Shown here: piece by piece, positions 49,013 to 62,325 of the stretch | Position numbering within the stretch: the first letter of the stretch is position 1 | Layout: every line of letters starts with the position of its first letter | DNA from: Takakia lepidozioides | Taxonomy: Eukaryota > Plantae > Bryophyta | Assembly (NCBI GenBank): GCA_030704615.1 | Contig: CM060733.1 | Location: 60,450,001-60,514,000, forward strand | Length of the DNA: 64,000 bases | Direction of reading: 5' to 3' | Notes under the pieces: model-generated | The model's input: only the letters and a program-made list of their open reading frames with translations | The model's database searches: none | Told to the model about the DNA's origin: nothing | Position numbers and translations under genes: made by a program

Positions 49013-52000
49013 CTACTTGGGTCCCGCCCAACGGTCTGAAACCTTAACAATTCTAGAGTATATTTTCGTTGCAGGTGTTGGGGCATACACCCTATTGCGC
49101 GTTCTCCGCAAGACTCTGGGTCGGGTTTTCCATGCTTCGACGAAATCCCTCTTCCTTTTCAGAGACAAATTATTATTGTCGTCAACAGGTCGGAAAGGTT
49201 TTGCTGCACGAGGATGTAGCATCCCAGCATCACTTTTGGCCAGGATATCAATAAGCTGCCCTCTACAGATTCGAAGGCACGACAGCACATGTGTCTCGAG
49301 GTATTTGTCATCATCCACAATACGAAGTATATCTGACCATTCTTCGGCCATACTCAGTGGGACATAGACAGGCTCCTCGAGGGGTGCGAAGTCACAAACC
49401 TCCACAGGTCTATCCATCGCACCAACCTCCCCTGCGACAGTCGTTTTATCCAACATCAGATTATGCAATCCTCCGTGTATGGTTCCGAGTGCCATGCCAC
49501 ATGCACGCACTATGAGTCCATCCTGCAAGTCGGGATGAAGCAACTTCAGCACTTTCACTGGTGTTTGCACAAATTGCCTTTCATTGCCCATGGGCAAGTG
49601 CAAGAAGCCCAATCCGATCCAGGGTTGTAAACAATGTAGGTTGTGTCTGGGTGATTGCTGCTTAGCACATACGCTGGTTGTCCTTCCACCAAGGGTAGAG
49701 TCACATTGCTCGCTGGAATGTCCCTGGCCGCTAGCACAAAGCTAGATATGTACTTTTTCTGTTTGTCATTGCGTATGAACCCATGCGTCTTCAAATGAAT
49801 TGCGTACTAGTAGTGTATGAGCACACGGCCCGTGAGTTCCCATATTAGCCAATCGACTCTTCGACCAATCATTTTGTCTTTCCCCATCCTCAATCTAGCC
49901 TTCAAGTTTCCATGGTATGCCTCAATGCTAGCATTTGTGTCTTGACTGGCATGTGGAACATGACGAGCAGCAGTACATCACATTGTTATTTTAGGAGACC
50001 ACTCCTTGTCGATGTACTTTAAAAATTCCCAGGCATTCCGATATTTCTTTCTCATGTCCCTGATTGTTTTGGCAACCCATAGAAGTGTTTTTTTGGGATC
50101 GCTTGGTCCACCTCTACAGTACATGAGGTCTCCCATATCCTTCAACACGTTTGCTGCAGTGACAGGATCTTTGGACTTCTGGCATGATTGCTTTACCCAT
50201 GCCTTGCGGACATGCCAAAGGCACAGGAAAATGAGGACTCCTTTGAAAGCAACCTTGCACATAACACATCCACATGAGGCACTTCAGAGGGAACCCCGGT
50301 CGGTGGACACCAACCGAGTGCTGGAGACCTCCAACAGACTTCACACCAACCCCTAAACGGACTTGGTGATAAGACACTGCCTGCGGGTGTGGCGGGCTGA
50401 CTTCCCCTCCCAAGTATGCTAGCAGACCCATGAAACGTGCCAGCGGACTCGGCCCTGCGAGTCTTGTGGCGGACGCCGCCTAGCGAGTCTGTCAGCGGAC
50501 TCGGCCCGTTCAGTGTACCAGCGGACTCGCCCACGCAAGTCTGCCAACGGACTTGGTCCGTTGACTGCAAGCGGACTTGCCCACACGAGTGTGCAGCGGA
50601 CTTGCCAGCGGACTCGCGCATGCGAGTCTGCCAGGGTACCGGCGCAGGCGTGTCTGCCAGCCGAGTAGCCCAAAGCAGACTCCACACCAACCCCTAAACG
50701 AACTTGGTCGCAATACACTGCCTACGGGTCTTTCGGGCCGACTTCCCCTCCCAAGTTTGCCAGCAGACCCATGAAGAGTGCCAGCAGACTCGCCCCTGCA
50801 AGTCTTCTGGCGGACTCGGCCTGGCGAGTCTACCAGCGACTTGGTCGGGTGAGTCGGGCTTGCCCACGCGACTTGGTCCGAGTCCAGTCTGCCAGCAAAC
50901 TCGCGCATGCAAGTCTCTCAGGGAACTGTCGCACGCGACTCTGCCATAGACTCTGCCAAAGTACACTATGACGACAGTTGCATGCCAGAGGACTTCGACA
51001 GTGGGTGTCTGTTGAGGTATGGAAGACTCACCTTATGGCGTTTATTTCAGCGTCCGCATCATCGACAATGAAGGCATTGGGTCGCCAGGCCGGCATATCT
51101 GTGTGGAGTCGGTCACGCAAGGCTATCATCCACGGCACCAGGTCTGTTGTCCTATTCCTGGCAGATATGATGTACGCAACTGGTATACCGTTCAGCCACT
51201 CGTTGAAAACCATCAATGTGTACAATGGGAACTGTTCAGATGCACTATGTCACTATGTCACTATGTCAGTTGGTTCCAATGTGCAACATCCTACGAACAA
51301 TTGATTTGCAGAAATGGTAAGAGGGATGAATCGTACCTTGTGGTGATTTGTCCCGAAGGTTGCATCGCATGCAACGATACGCGCATGTCCCAATTGAAGC
51401 ATTCTCTACTTCTGCCACTCAGTTTGAATACCAATAGTGAATGTCAAATCTCCATCGTGATGCTTGAAGGTTGGCGCCAATGTTTCTTCTCGATAGAAGA
51501 AGACTAATGCGGGGTTCAGGTCTTTCCACATGCGGACGTTGTCGGCATCATTGGCATGCTTTTTGAACGTCTGCCATGCCCGTTTATCAACCAGGTTGCA
51601 GACATCTTGCTCAAGGAGGAAATCATCACGTGTCCATGCATCTCCCAAACCTGTGTTGTTCATGACGTGCTCCTTGTGTTCCATCATGATTTGTGCGACC
51701 GTGAGGTCTCGACACAAACACTCAACGACCCAGGCTTTCAATTCCTCGCTAATGCGGGGTGCGTAGGATGCCCGTGTGTTCCTGAACTCTGCGGTCTTGC
51801 CATGGGAGGGTTTCCCTAGGGCATTCACGTGCTCCATGTTGTTGTAGTATGTGAGGACACAAATGTCCGGGGCAAGATAAGATTGCTGCACTTTGAAACA
51901 ACAAAGGCACCCGCGCTTGTACGACTCTCTGTAGTCCAACTTCTTCCTTCTTGGGCTTTTATGCGGGTGTTTAGTGCTAGCACCCACATCCGGACCTCCA

Positions 52001-52613
52001 CGCTTTTGTTTTGGATCCTCGACAGTTGCATTGACCGTGCGCTTGTCGTCGGGTCCGTAACAGCATTGATACCTATCAAATGGAATTCAAAAGCCAAAAT
52101 ATCAACCTTATGGACTTATGGAAGCCACGGTCGGAGACAAATATATTATACAAATCACAACAACAATGCAGTGACATCCCTAAACCACAATGAGGATGGT
52201 GCACACATGATACTGCTCAAGAAGGTGTTCCCTCTGGGAGCTTTCCGCACTCCGACGTCCACTTTACTGTGCACATGTACCCAATATTGAGTGGGGCAGT
52301 CCTCCATACTCTCCTCTCCATGGACGAAGTCCGCAACTCTATCCCAAGGTATACAGGCCTTTTTAACACACACTTGCACCCCCCTAAACCCATATTGCGT
52401 TTCACACTTCCAATGGAGCTCCTTACTGTTGAAAGGTCCTGGTTTTGGTGTTTGCAAACTTTGTCGAAGAGGGCGTATAAGCCGGCTCTCAAATTGCTGC
52501 ATGTCGTCGGCTTCCGCTCCTACGTCCATGCCCAATATAGTGCGAAACACACGCTCCAGAACCTGCAACGAAAGCGCCGCAGGACACGATGGAGAATGTG
52601 CACGGAGAAACAA
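49013..52613 (-). pseudogene. MULE (DDE) transposase with SWIM zinc finger, At1g60560/At4g13970-like; inactivated by nonsense changes
   Basis: Spliced pieces encode IPWDRVADFV, SYKRGCLCCF, CDATFGTN, GIPVAYII, FIVDDA, CLWHVRKAW, TNASIEAYHG and the SWIM motif CTCPWAMKGNLCKH. In-frame stops occur at ~51406, ~49978 and ~49808. Confidence 0.92.
50300..50960. repeat. Intronic higher-order repeat (two related units, period ~340 bp) rich in CGGACT/CAGACT/AGTCTG motifs
   Basis: CACACCAACCCCTAAACG..ACTTGGT recurs at ~50342 and ~50683, with many GACT motifs spaced ~11-22 bp apart. Confidence 0.8.
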
Positions 52614-52651
52614 GACCCACGTTTACAGCTGGTGGCAGATGGCAGGCGGCA

Positions 52652-52951
52652 GAGATAAGGCCCTAAATTGGAGGGTTGCGATGGGATTCGTCCTGGACGG
52701 CCCAGATCTTGCGGGCGGGCGGACACGCGGACCCGCCCCAGCGGACTGGCCGCAACGGAGCGGCCGGTGGACGGACCCCGAGAGGGGTAGCCGCGTCTAG
52801 TGCAACCACGGCAGCAGCGGCGGGCGTGGGCGACCGCGGGCAGTGGCAGGCGGGTGGGCTCGGGTGGGGGGGCGCCCGTCGTCCGGACGATGGGCCCACC
52901 GTCCTTCTCGCACGCTTGCGTTCATGACCCTATTATTGTAAAATGAGAGGC
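52652..52951 (-). repeat. Right TIR of the MULE
   Basis: Reverse complement of the left TIR, followed directly by the TSD. Confidence 0.9.
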
Positions 52952-53105
52952 TATACGTTAGCGAGATTATTAATGTCTCTTTTATAACTAAGTTAAAAAT
53001 CCTTTGAAAATAAAATAAAACTCGTTGAATGATACATAAATACGATATTAAAAAATTACTTGTATGTAATATATTCAAAATATTAATCATAATACTATCA
53101 TTATG

Positions 53106-53604
53106 AAATTGGCAAGTTCAGCCCCTCAAATTACAATTCCAGCCCCTTAAATTGCAATTCCAAGGTCTCACAAATTGCAATTTGAGCCCTTGAAATTGGC
53201 AATTCCAGCCCATCAAATTGTAATTCCAATCCCTCAAATTGGCAATTCCAACCTCTCAAATTACAATTTGAGCCCTTGAAATTGGCAATTGTAGCCCTAA
53301 AATTGCAATTCCAACCCTAAAACCCAACCCTGAAATTGCAATTTGAGCCCTTGAAATTGGCAATTCTAGCCCTAAAATTGCAATTCCAACCCCTAAAATT
53401 ACACTTCCAGCCCCTGAAAATTGCAATTTGAGCCCTTGAAATTGGCAATGCCAGCCCCCCAAATTACAATTCCAGCCTCTCAAATTGGCACTTCCAGCCC
53501 TCTAAATTGGAAATTCCAACCCCTAAAATTGGAAATTCTAGCCCCTTCCAATTTTAACTCCCACCCCCTAAATGGTGACCTACTGATTTCACCATACACT
53601 AGTG
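53106..53604. repeat. ~21-22-bp tandem array (AAATTG(G)CAATTCCAGCCCCT) ending near a CACTAGTG; possible CACTA subterminal remnant
   Basis: About 20 degenerate units at 53106-53570, then ...CCATACACTAGTG at 53592-53604. No matching second end found. Confidence 0.7.
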
Positions 53605-54159
53605 ATTAAACCATCATTCCATCATCTATTTGTATATAATTATATTCTTGATATTTATAGATTAAAAAATAGACTCAAATGCTCTTAAAATTTCTAATGG
53701 TATCCATGATTTATATAAAAAGAATGATTGTATATATTTTTATAAACTTCATATCTTCTGTGTATAATTTTAAATGGTTTTTTAAAATAAAAAATAAAGA
53801 TTGTAGTTATTATTGAAAAGGCTTATAATAGAACACACACAAAAACAATCATATTCGGGCTCCAACTTTTATTCTAAAAATCCAAGTATATTTTTCAGTT
53901 ATAAATCTTACTAAAGTCAATAATTTAGGAAGTGGATTTCATAGAAGAGCGCATTGGGTTTGATCTCCAATATCTTTGTCAGTGGTCATGGAAGGTAACA
54001 ACGTCCTTGTAGTGTCATCAACTAGAAAATACAAAGAGTCTCGTGAGCATGCAAAAGTGAGTGACGTCAAATTCTATGATTAATTAGGTACTATAGTCTT
54101 CTCTATGCTGGTGTTGGGACCTTTGGATGTTGCAACAAATCTGCCCACAAACAAGCAGA

Positions 54160-57100
54160 ATTTTTTTATTTTATTTTTTATTTTATTTTTTGGTGAAAGG
54201 GGATGAGACCCTTGTTAGTTTTATTGAATATTATTGAAGGGAAAAAAATTAAAACCCTTACATGCCCGTAGGCTGCCATGAGGCCTAACACACGACAAAC
54301 GTGTTGGAAAATCCATGAGAATAGAGACCGAATGCCTACCATGAGGCAAAAGAGCTGATTTTTGTCTAGGACCTAGATCTGAAGCAGCGCCCAAGCTAGG
54401 GATCTGACTTATGAGGATGAGACTAATGGCGAAAAAAATGGTGCGGTAAGACCATTATGACCAAGGTGACAGGCGGATCGTTGATGAGGAAGACCGAACA
54501 GAAGCTCTGACTGAGGGAAATACTGATTGCATGGAATCTATCCTAAGAACTGCAATCGAGCCCGAGAGGCCACCTTCACATGTTTCCAATTGATGTCTGA
54601 TTTGTCAAATTCCGGAGATGCCGAAGATGAGGGACCAGTGATACCTCCAAGGGTCGGGAATTCCTCGAGGCCACTCGCATGAACCTGCTCCAGTGCATCT
54701 GCAAATGAGTCCGTCCCTCCCCCATGTGTCCTGGAAAATGGCGAGGAGGGTGAACTGGCGTTGAGGCTTCCTGGCGATTTCTGCACACATTTTTGCCCAA
54801 GCCAGTTTAGCAGCAATTGTCAAGACAAAAAACACTTGAGTGAGGATGGCGGTGGCCGAGGTAGTGTGAGAGTCCAAAATCCATCTACATCTGGCTTTCC
54901 ATAGTTGCCATAGAGTTGCAGATCTGAAGGTTTCAAAAACTGGACAGTCTGAGGCCCTGGATTTTTCGTTCTGATTGTAGTTGAGAGCAAGGCAATGGGC
55001 CCCAAAGGGGGTTGTCCCCAAGGGCGATAGAAGGGTAGGACTAGGTGCCAGATCATCATTGGGGCAATGCAGAAAAGAAGGCAGTGTTCCAAGCTTTCAA
55101 TCGTATCTATTGAACAACATTTGCATAGGAGAGCGTCCTGGAAACCTAGATATTGCCCTACCTTCAATACCATGTTGGCTATTTGCCAGAGAAAAGCACT
55201 GAGCTTCGCTGTTTTTGCCTTGTCCCAGATCAAACTCCAAATATTGTTCCAGTTTTCCATTATAAAGCCCGCGTGCCCTGTAAGCCTTTTTCGAAGAGAA
55301 AGCAAAGAAGGGTTGGGGGGAGGTTCCGAATTTCCAAAGCCATTCAGCCGGGTCTATCTGCAGATTTTGCAGTTGATGGCCTACAATCCAGGCGAACCTT
55401 TCTTTTGCTACCCAGGCTGAGGTGGGGGACCCCAGTGGGTGCAGAGGGTTGAAGTCTTTTGAGTCTGAGCTCCAATGACAGATGCGAGCTGGCCTTGCTC
55501 TCGCCGAGGGGGTAATGGCTTCTTGAGGACTCAGAAGAGACAACATTCCAGAGAAGGGGTCAACTAGGAACCTGTAACCTATGCGCATCACATTCTGAAT
55601 TGTGGTAACATAAAGGATTTGGAACTCCCTGTCTTCAAACATCACCCATTGGGTTGGCTTTATTGGGAGATCACCAGCAGCAAGCAGCGTTCTCCAACGG
55701 TCTGGGACAGAGGCTATGACCAGATGAATTCCGGAAGTCAGTCTGCGGGAACCCAAAGCATCTTGGAGACAAGCTGGTGTGCTGATCCAGAGGTCACTTA
55801 CTTTGCTAATGCCCCTAGTCTCCTTTTGGCTTGCTCATTCTCAAGCGTGGATGGATTGGCCGACTTGAGGAAGAGGTGTTGTCTGAGGGTTTCTTGGAAG
55901 GTAGTGGGTGCTTGCTTGATCAAAAAAGGCCTAAACCTGTTCCATGCTCTCCAGATGGAGGTCCATAGGGGAGATTCCACTATCTTGTGGTTGAAACCCT
56001 GAACAATCCAGCGCAGCGAGGGGGCCCAAGAGGTCGATTGGAGAGGGGAACTGGCAGATATGTTAGCGGTAATTAACAGTTTCCACCATCCCCCTTCAAG
56101 ACCCAAAAAACGAGGAATCCATTTTCCTAGCAGGGCTTGCATTTGAGTGTCGGGATCCAAAACCCCCAGACCCCCCTATTTTTTCGGCTAGCAGATTTGA
56201 TGCCACGAAACCTGTGGGCGTTTGTATTGCTCATAACATTGAGCCCCCCAAATGAAGTTGCGAACACAACGCTTGACTTCCTGAATTATTTTCGAGTTAG
56301 GGCCCCAAGTTGATGCAAAATACCAGATTCCCGCTTGCAGGATCTGGTTGGCTGCTAGGGCTCTTCCTGTAAGAGATAGATATTTGGACCCCCAATAAAC
56401 CATTTATCTCTTCAGATTTTTGTTTGTGGGTTCCATTCGTTGCTCATCAGAGATGTTAATATTGCCAAATGTATGGCCCAACAGAGTCGTGGTCTCCCCA
56501 TCCTTCAACCAGACTAGGCCAAGGCCAAAGCCCCATGTAGGAACAATTCCAATTCTAGATTGAGAGGAGTCCCCCACTAGAAGAGCTTTAGTTTTGGACC
56601 AATTAACCCGAAACCCAGAGATGGTGCAGAACTTGAGGAGGGTATCTTCCGCGGCTTGCAAGGTGGAGGGATGTGCCTCTAGGAGCAGGAACGTATCATC
56701 CACAAACATAGAATCCTTGATCTGAATCCACAACTGGGATTTTGGGTTTTTAAGCCTAAGTCCTTTGACCAGGAGGTTGTTATCCAGCAGGTAACCCAGG
56801 GCATCAGCTACAAAAAGGAAGAGGAAGGGTGCCAAAGGGCAACCCTGCCTGACAGACCTCTGGAGCTGAATTTCTTTGGAGACATGTACATTAATTATGA
56901 CCCTGCTGGAGGAATTGAAGACAAGAATTTGGACCCACTGGCAAAAGCCATGAGGTAAACCTACTCTGCGAAGAACTGCCAACAGGAAATTCCAATCCAC
57001 CCTATCAAAGGCCTTTTCAAAGTCTAGAAGCCAAAGCGCTAGAGCCTGGTTGGAGTTTTTGGCGAAGATAGAGGCTTCCTGGGCAAGGAGGACATTGTCC

Positions 57101-60100
57101 AGGATGTATCTACCTCTAATAAAACCCGCTTGGCCTGTCCGGATAACAGTGGGGAGCAAAGGTTGAAAACGGAGTGCCAAGGCTTTGGCTATTATCTTGT
57201 AGGAGACATTGAGGAGAGTGATTGGCCTATAGTTACTGATATCAGCCCTATCCCCTTTCTTGAAGAGAAGGGTGATGACTCCTTGCGACATCTGTTTTGG
57301 CATCAGTCCTCTTTTTCTGATTTCATTGGCCATGTTGCAGAAGTCACTTGATATTGCAGGAAGCCGCAAGCTTCGCCTGGAACTTGAGGATTGGGCAGGC
57401 GAGAAGGGACCCAGCTTGAATCCACTGTTTCTCAAGGGAGGTTTTGAAGGACGTGTTCAAAAGGTGAGCTGAATTTAGCTTGTAGATGCCCCTTCCTCTT
57501 TTTTGAGCTAACGGTAGAGCTATGGACACTGCCACCACTGCATGGTCGAAACCTTGAGAGATCGGTTCTTGGGGCCATAATGTTGCGCCATTGGACAGAG
57601 CAAGCGAGAAGTAGATCCTATCTAGACGGGCCATAGAGAGGTTGCTTAGCAAGTGGTTGTTAGACCAAGTGAAAAGCGGGTTGATGGAAGCTGGGTTGTT
57701 AGCTTGTCTGGCAGGCTCCACTAGATTATGGGTTTGAGAAAGCAAGAGCCAAGCTGCTTCTTCTTTAGCGCTCAAGCGGGGGGAAGAGCTTCCCAGCCTG
57801 TCTACATCGTTCTCCACCATATTGAAGTCCCCCACAAGGATCCATGTATGTATTGAGATCTCATCTATCATGCGTCGATTGATGTTCTTCCATAGGCTGG
57901 TTCTTTCAGGGATAGAGTTAGGGGCATAGATGTTAACGAAGCCCATAGGTTCCGGATCATTTGGAAGCTTGAGAACACAGAAGTGCACCCGGCTAGATTC
58001 CCAGATTTCCTCTTTAGTGAGGTATTGCTTGAGGGAAGGGGAAAGAAGGATTGCCGTCCCTCCTTTGGAGCCTTCGTAGCTGGGTTTCCAAAGCGCGGAG
58101 GATAGAGGCCAAAGCTGGTCTGAAAGCGCGGCTATTTTACAGGGGTTTAGTTTATGTTCCTGGAGAAAAACAATTGCTTGAGATTGCTGAAGGGGAGCCA
58201 GCCAGGCTCTGAGCTTTGTTTTTTTAATGCTGGAGTGGTCAGAGCCTATGCCCCTTATGTTCCAGGATGAGAGACTAATTTTCATCTTGATAAGGGAGCA
58301 GGCTGAGAGGGTTAGTCTCAAATGATGGCATGGAGAAATGAAAATGAAATCTGGTTCTTTTGTCAGAGGGAAGAAAGGGGGGAACCCAGCAGTGGTCGTC
58401 TAGGGCTTACAGGACTGGCTATTTGAGCTCAATGATTAAAACCATTGTCTCTGCGGGAGGGTTTTGCATTGCGGCGGAGAGGTGGAGAGGTTGAAACCGA
58501 GAGGTTGGGTGAACTCTGGCATGGATACAACAGGGCCTACCACAGAGTTGCATAAAGAAGTCCGAGAGAAGGATGAGCTTAACGGGAATGGGGATGTCCA
58601 GGGGCAATGGGCCTTTCCCCAGGAACATAGAGAAAGTCTCATGATTTGAAGGAAATGTAATGGAGGGAAGAATTTTCCAGAGGTTTTGTGCAGGAAGGGA
58701 GTTGTGGAGACAAAGCACTCTACATCTGCTAGGGTTAGACTCTGACTTTAAAAAGATAATGAATGGAATGGAGGAGGTTTGAGAGCTTACTTGGAGAGCT
58801 GGGGACAGTGGGCTGGCTGGAGTGGGAGTTGGCAGAAACGGCGCTGCAAGGAGGAGCCTTCCCTCGGCGTGAGATGGAGAGGCGCTCTGGAGAGGAATTG
58901 ACGTGAAGACATCTCCCTCCTGGGCCGGGATTGGAGAAGGAAGGAGGTGGAGCACTGGCTGTTGATTGGAGGAGTCCCTTGGCTGTGAGGCCGGAGGCTC
59001 TTGGAGAGGGGAGAATGGAGAAAATGACATTTGAGAAGAACTAGCTGATGAGAGCAGGCCGGTGCTGTACTGTACAAAATTGGTGTTGTCTGTCCCGTGT
59101 TGCGTGTCGATGTGCTCAATGTGCTCCACTGATTCTGCTTCGAAGATGGCATGAAGAATAGCCATTGTGGGAAATGTCTCTCATTCTAACCACTGTAGAA
59201 TTATCTGCAGCCGGAAGCTCAAAGGGGGCCGGATGGATCCACTCGCCTCTAGAAGAATGCCCTGGAAGCATCAGTTCTTTTTCTTCCATGATAGCTAGAA
59301 TCTGTGTTGATGGTGAAAGATTGGATCCAAGTCCGGGGCAGTCTTCAATGCTCCCCACGTGATTCTTGCCTGAGGATTATGAGCCAGATGTGGTTGCCTG
59401 TTCCATAGGAAATTGTTGATCTTGGAGCGAAAGGTGGTCATTGGGCTACTGTTGATGGGGTTTTTTGCCATAAAGATATCTATGTCGTGGGCTGTTATCC
59501 ATAGAGACTCCATATTGATGCCGTCATTTGCAGTGATTAGAAAAGAAGGGGTGGGAAGTCGCCTGAAAATCATGGGGGTGATGCAGGTTGACTTGGGATC
59601 AGCTAGGGCCAGGTTGTGGGGGCAACCTTTGAGCACCAAAGCTGGAAAGGACTGCAAATTAAAGCAAGTTTTGGCGACTATAGGGTTGTAAGCTATAGAG
59701 GCTCTTAGAGCAAGGGGCAGAGGGGAGGCTTGGGGCCTGAAGGTCTTACGTCTTTTTGCAGAAATGTTGGGAAGCCCTGGGTTGAGGGGGGACATAATGT
59801 TGCAAGAGAGATGATGATTCTTGACTCGATATTCTCCAGCCTCTATCACCATGGGGTCGAGTTGCTCTTTTCCTTGCCGAGGAGGGATTATCGCAGATGT
59901 GATACACGCCACTGAATCCCATTCCATTGTTAGGGCCGATCGAGGAGGAGGAGGCACCAAGCGAGATGTATCCCGTCTTAGTGCAGAGGGGGGTGGGATG
60001 GCCTCCATAGGAACAGAATCATAAGAATTTTGATAGTGTTGTGTAGGAGAACTTTCCTGAGCTTGGGCAAAAGGGGACCTTTTGCGTTTGAGTTTGGGAC

Positions 60101-61200
60101 ACTTTGCTTTGAGATGGCCTGCCTGCCCACAGAAGTAGCAGGCTGATGAAGATGTGTCTTCTGAGAGTTTAACAGAAAAATAGTTACCTTTAGTGTCAAT
60201 TGAAAAATTGTGGAAGAATGGCATCGTCTGGCACCATCACCACTATTTTCGGAAAGCCGGTGTCATTGACCCTTGAAGCAATAGAAACCCCCTTCCCCTT
60301 CCATCCATGGTCATCCCTAAGCTTTTTGGAGCCTAGCTCGGGGTCAAACACTCCCATACATCCTAAATAGTCTCCCAGGAAATTGCCAATCTCAGGCAGA
60401 CTAAATAGATATTGATCCGGAATATATGGTAATGCAATGATTCTCGGGCTCCAGGTTTTGCCATTTTTGTTCCCCATTGCGTTGGACCATGGGAAAATGT
60501 TCACATTGAAACCTGCGAGGTGAGGGTTGAAGGATAAAGCCTTCTCAGCTGCTTCCTTAGATTCTAGCAGAATTGAGAAGAAGCCCCTCCCTCTTGTGTG
60601 GCAGAAGTGTTGATTAAGGTCGCCCGACCCTCCCAAGTGTTTAATAGCCCAATCTCTAGGAGAAGCCCTATTCTCTTTTCGCCCAGAGAAGTGCAGAAGG
60701 ACCCCTTTTTCCTGGATCACCGCCATCGATCTTTCAATTATTGACATATCCAAGTCGACTAGGGGATCGGATTTGGACATAGCAGCCTGCAGTTCCGCCA
60801 CATTCTCTTGCTGCTCCATGACGATGTTTTCTAGATCCTGATGAGCCACGTCCCTTGGGGGACTTGGATGTTGGAGATCACGGTCGAATTCGTGCTCGTG
60901 CTGAGCGAGATGGCTGTCTGGATGAGGGGATGGCATAGTCTAGCACTGAGGGATCGGCGCGCTTGATCCAGGGCCCAGGGCCTGGCGCCTCTAGCTAGCA
61001 CTTGGTGTGCTTGGAAAAACCCTGTACCGGAGGATGGCTGCACCCAGCGACGCTGGGGGAATCCGGCCTGGCTCGCATTGGCAGTGTGCCATGGGGCGCC
61101 TTGTGAGGAGCGGGGAATTGGGGCCATTGATCCGAATTGAAAAGGAGAGATGGCGGAGAGAAGGCAAGAGACCCGAAGGATAAGAATCAGGCAAACTATT
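54160..61200 (-). mobile_element. L1-clade LINE retrotransposon, decayed (5' boundary uncertain, possibly to ~62.1 kb)
   Basis: ORF1 pieces with zinc knuckle CYFCGQAGHLKAKC. ORF2 has an APE endonuclease (SWNIRG, FLQE, NIYAP, GDFN, RLDR, FDH), RT (YRPITLLN, DFEKAFD, RQGCPLAP, FVDD) and C-terminal CKCC..ESLEHCLLFC. A-rich tail at 54160-54191. Confidence 0.93.
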
Positions 61201-62325
61201 ACAAAACTAGGGAGAAAGCTGAAGAACTAGAGAAAGAACAGTTCGAAAGGAAAAAGAACAATAATGGGTGAAGAGAGAGGGATAGAAGATTCGAAAAAGG
61301 AAGGGAGCAGCGAGCTGAAAAGAGAATGTAGGGGGTCTGCCTCAGAAAAGACGGAAGGGTAACATCATACAAACAATGTGCAGGGAATGAGAAAAGCCTT
61401 AGAAACTGAGTGACAAATCTTGCACAAGATACCAAACAATATACAATGAAAGCATTGACGAAAGGATCTGCTAGCTTCCAAGCTTAGAAGCCAAGCAGTA
61501 AGGAATGGACGTGCGACAAACAAGAAAGATCAGCAGCCGCTATTGGTATGAAAGGAATAGGGAAACTGAAAGGCGGGGTCTCGTGCCGTTGGGATTGGCG
61601 AAGGGTGGTCAAGCGTGAGAAATAATGGAGGGCCATACTACGATGCTCAACCATCACTGTCCGACAGGAAGCAGGGAGCTTGGAGGTTGACAGATAGCTG
61701 CGAATGGTAGCGGGCGACAAGTGGGGGGTTCGGAGTTGAAGACAAGACATCTTGACGGCTGAGAATTAAGAGGCTTGCCTGGAAATCATTCGGGAATTAT
61801 GATCGCAGCGAATGAAGGTGAGGATGAAAGGAACATTCGTCCTAGATTTTGATGTCGCATCAAACTCAAACCTTAGAGGCCAGGGAGAGGAAGGAATGCT
61901 TCGAACGGGGGTAGAGGGGTGTCTGCTGATCGCGCTTCAAGGATATTAGAGAAACTAAGGTAGGAGTAATCAAACGCTGGTGAGGGAAAGGGCTTAGCAA
62001 GCATCGATGGGCAGACTGAGCACTCCCGCCATAGCCAGCCGTTGAGCTTGCACACTCCCTCACCGCAGAACGCGGAGCTCTCGCAAGGCTCCATCTTTTC
62101 TTTAAAAATTCAAATTGTTACATGTGATTCCTTGTCCTAAGAGTAATGAACATTTAAAAGAAGTGTTTCGGACGAGGGTTGTTCCATTAGCCCATGTACG
62201 CTTATGGAGGGTCAATTGCCACAAGTTGTGTCAGTCTTATGTCACAAGCATAGGGTCAAATAGATGTCCAAGATGTATTCCTTTGGCCCGCACGGAAATG
62301 AAAAACAAACCTATCGAGCTATCAG

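Larger units (their letters stand above)
25704..52951 (-). mobile_element. Large Mutator-like element (MULE) with nested retrotransposons; ~13 kb before the nested insertions
   Basis: GC-rich TIRs (25704-~26004 and ~52652-52951) begin GCCTCTCATTTTACAATAATAGGGTCATGAACGCAAG. Exact 9-bp TSD TATACGTTA at 25695-25703 and 52952-52960. A MULE/SWIM transposase lies inside. Confidence 0.95.
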
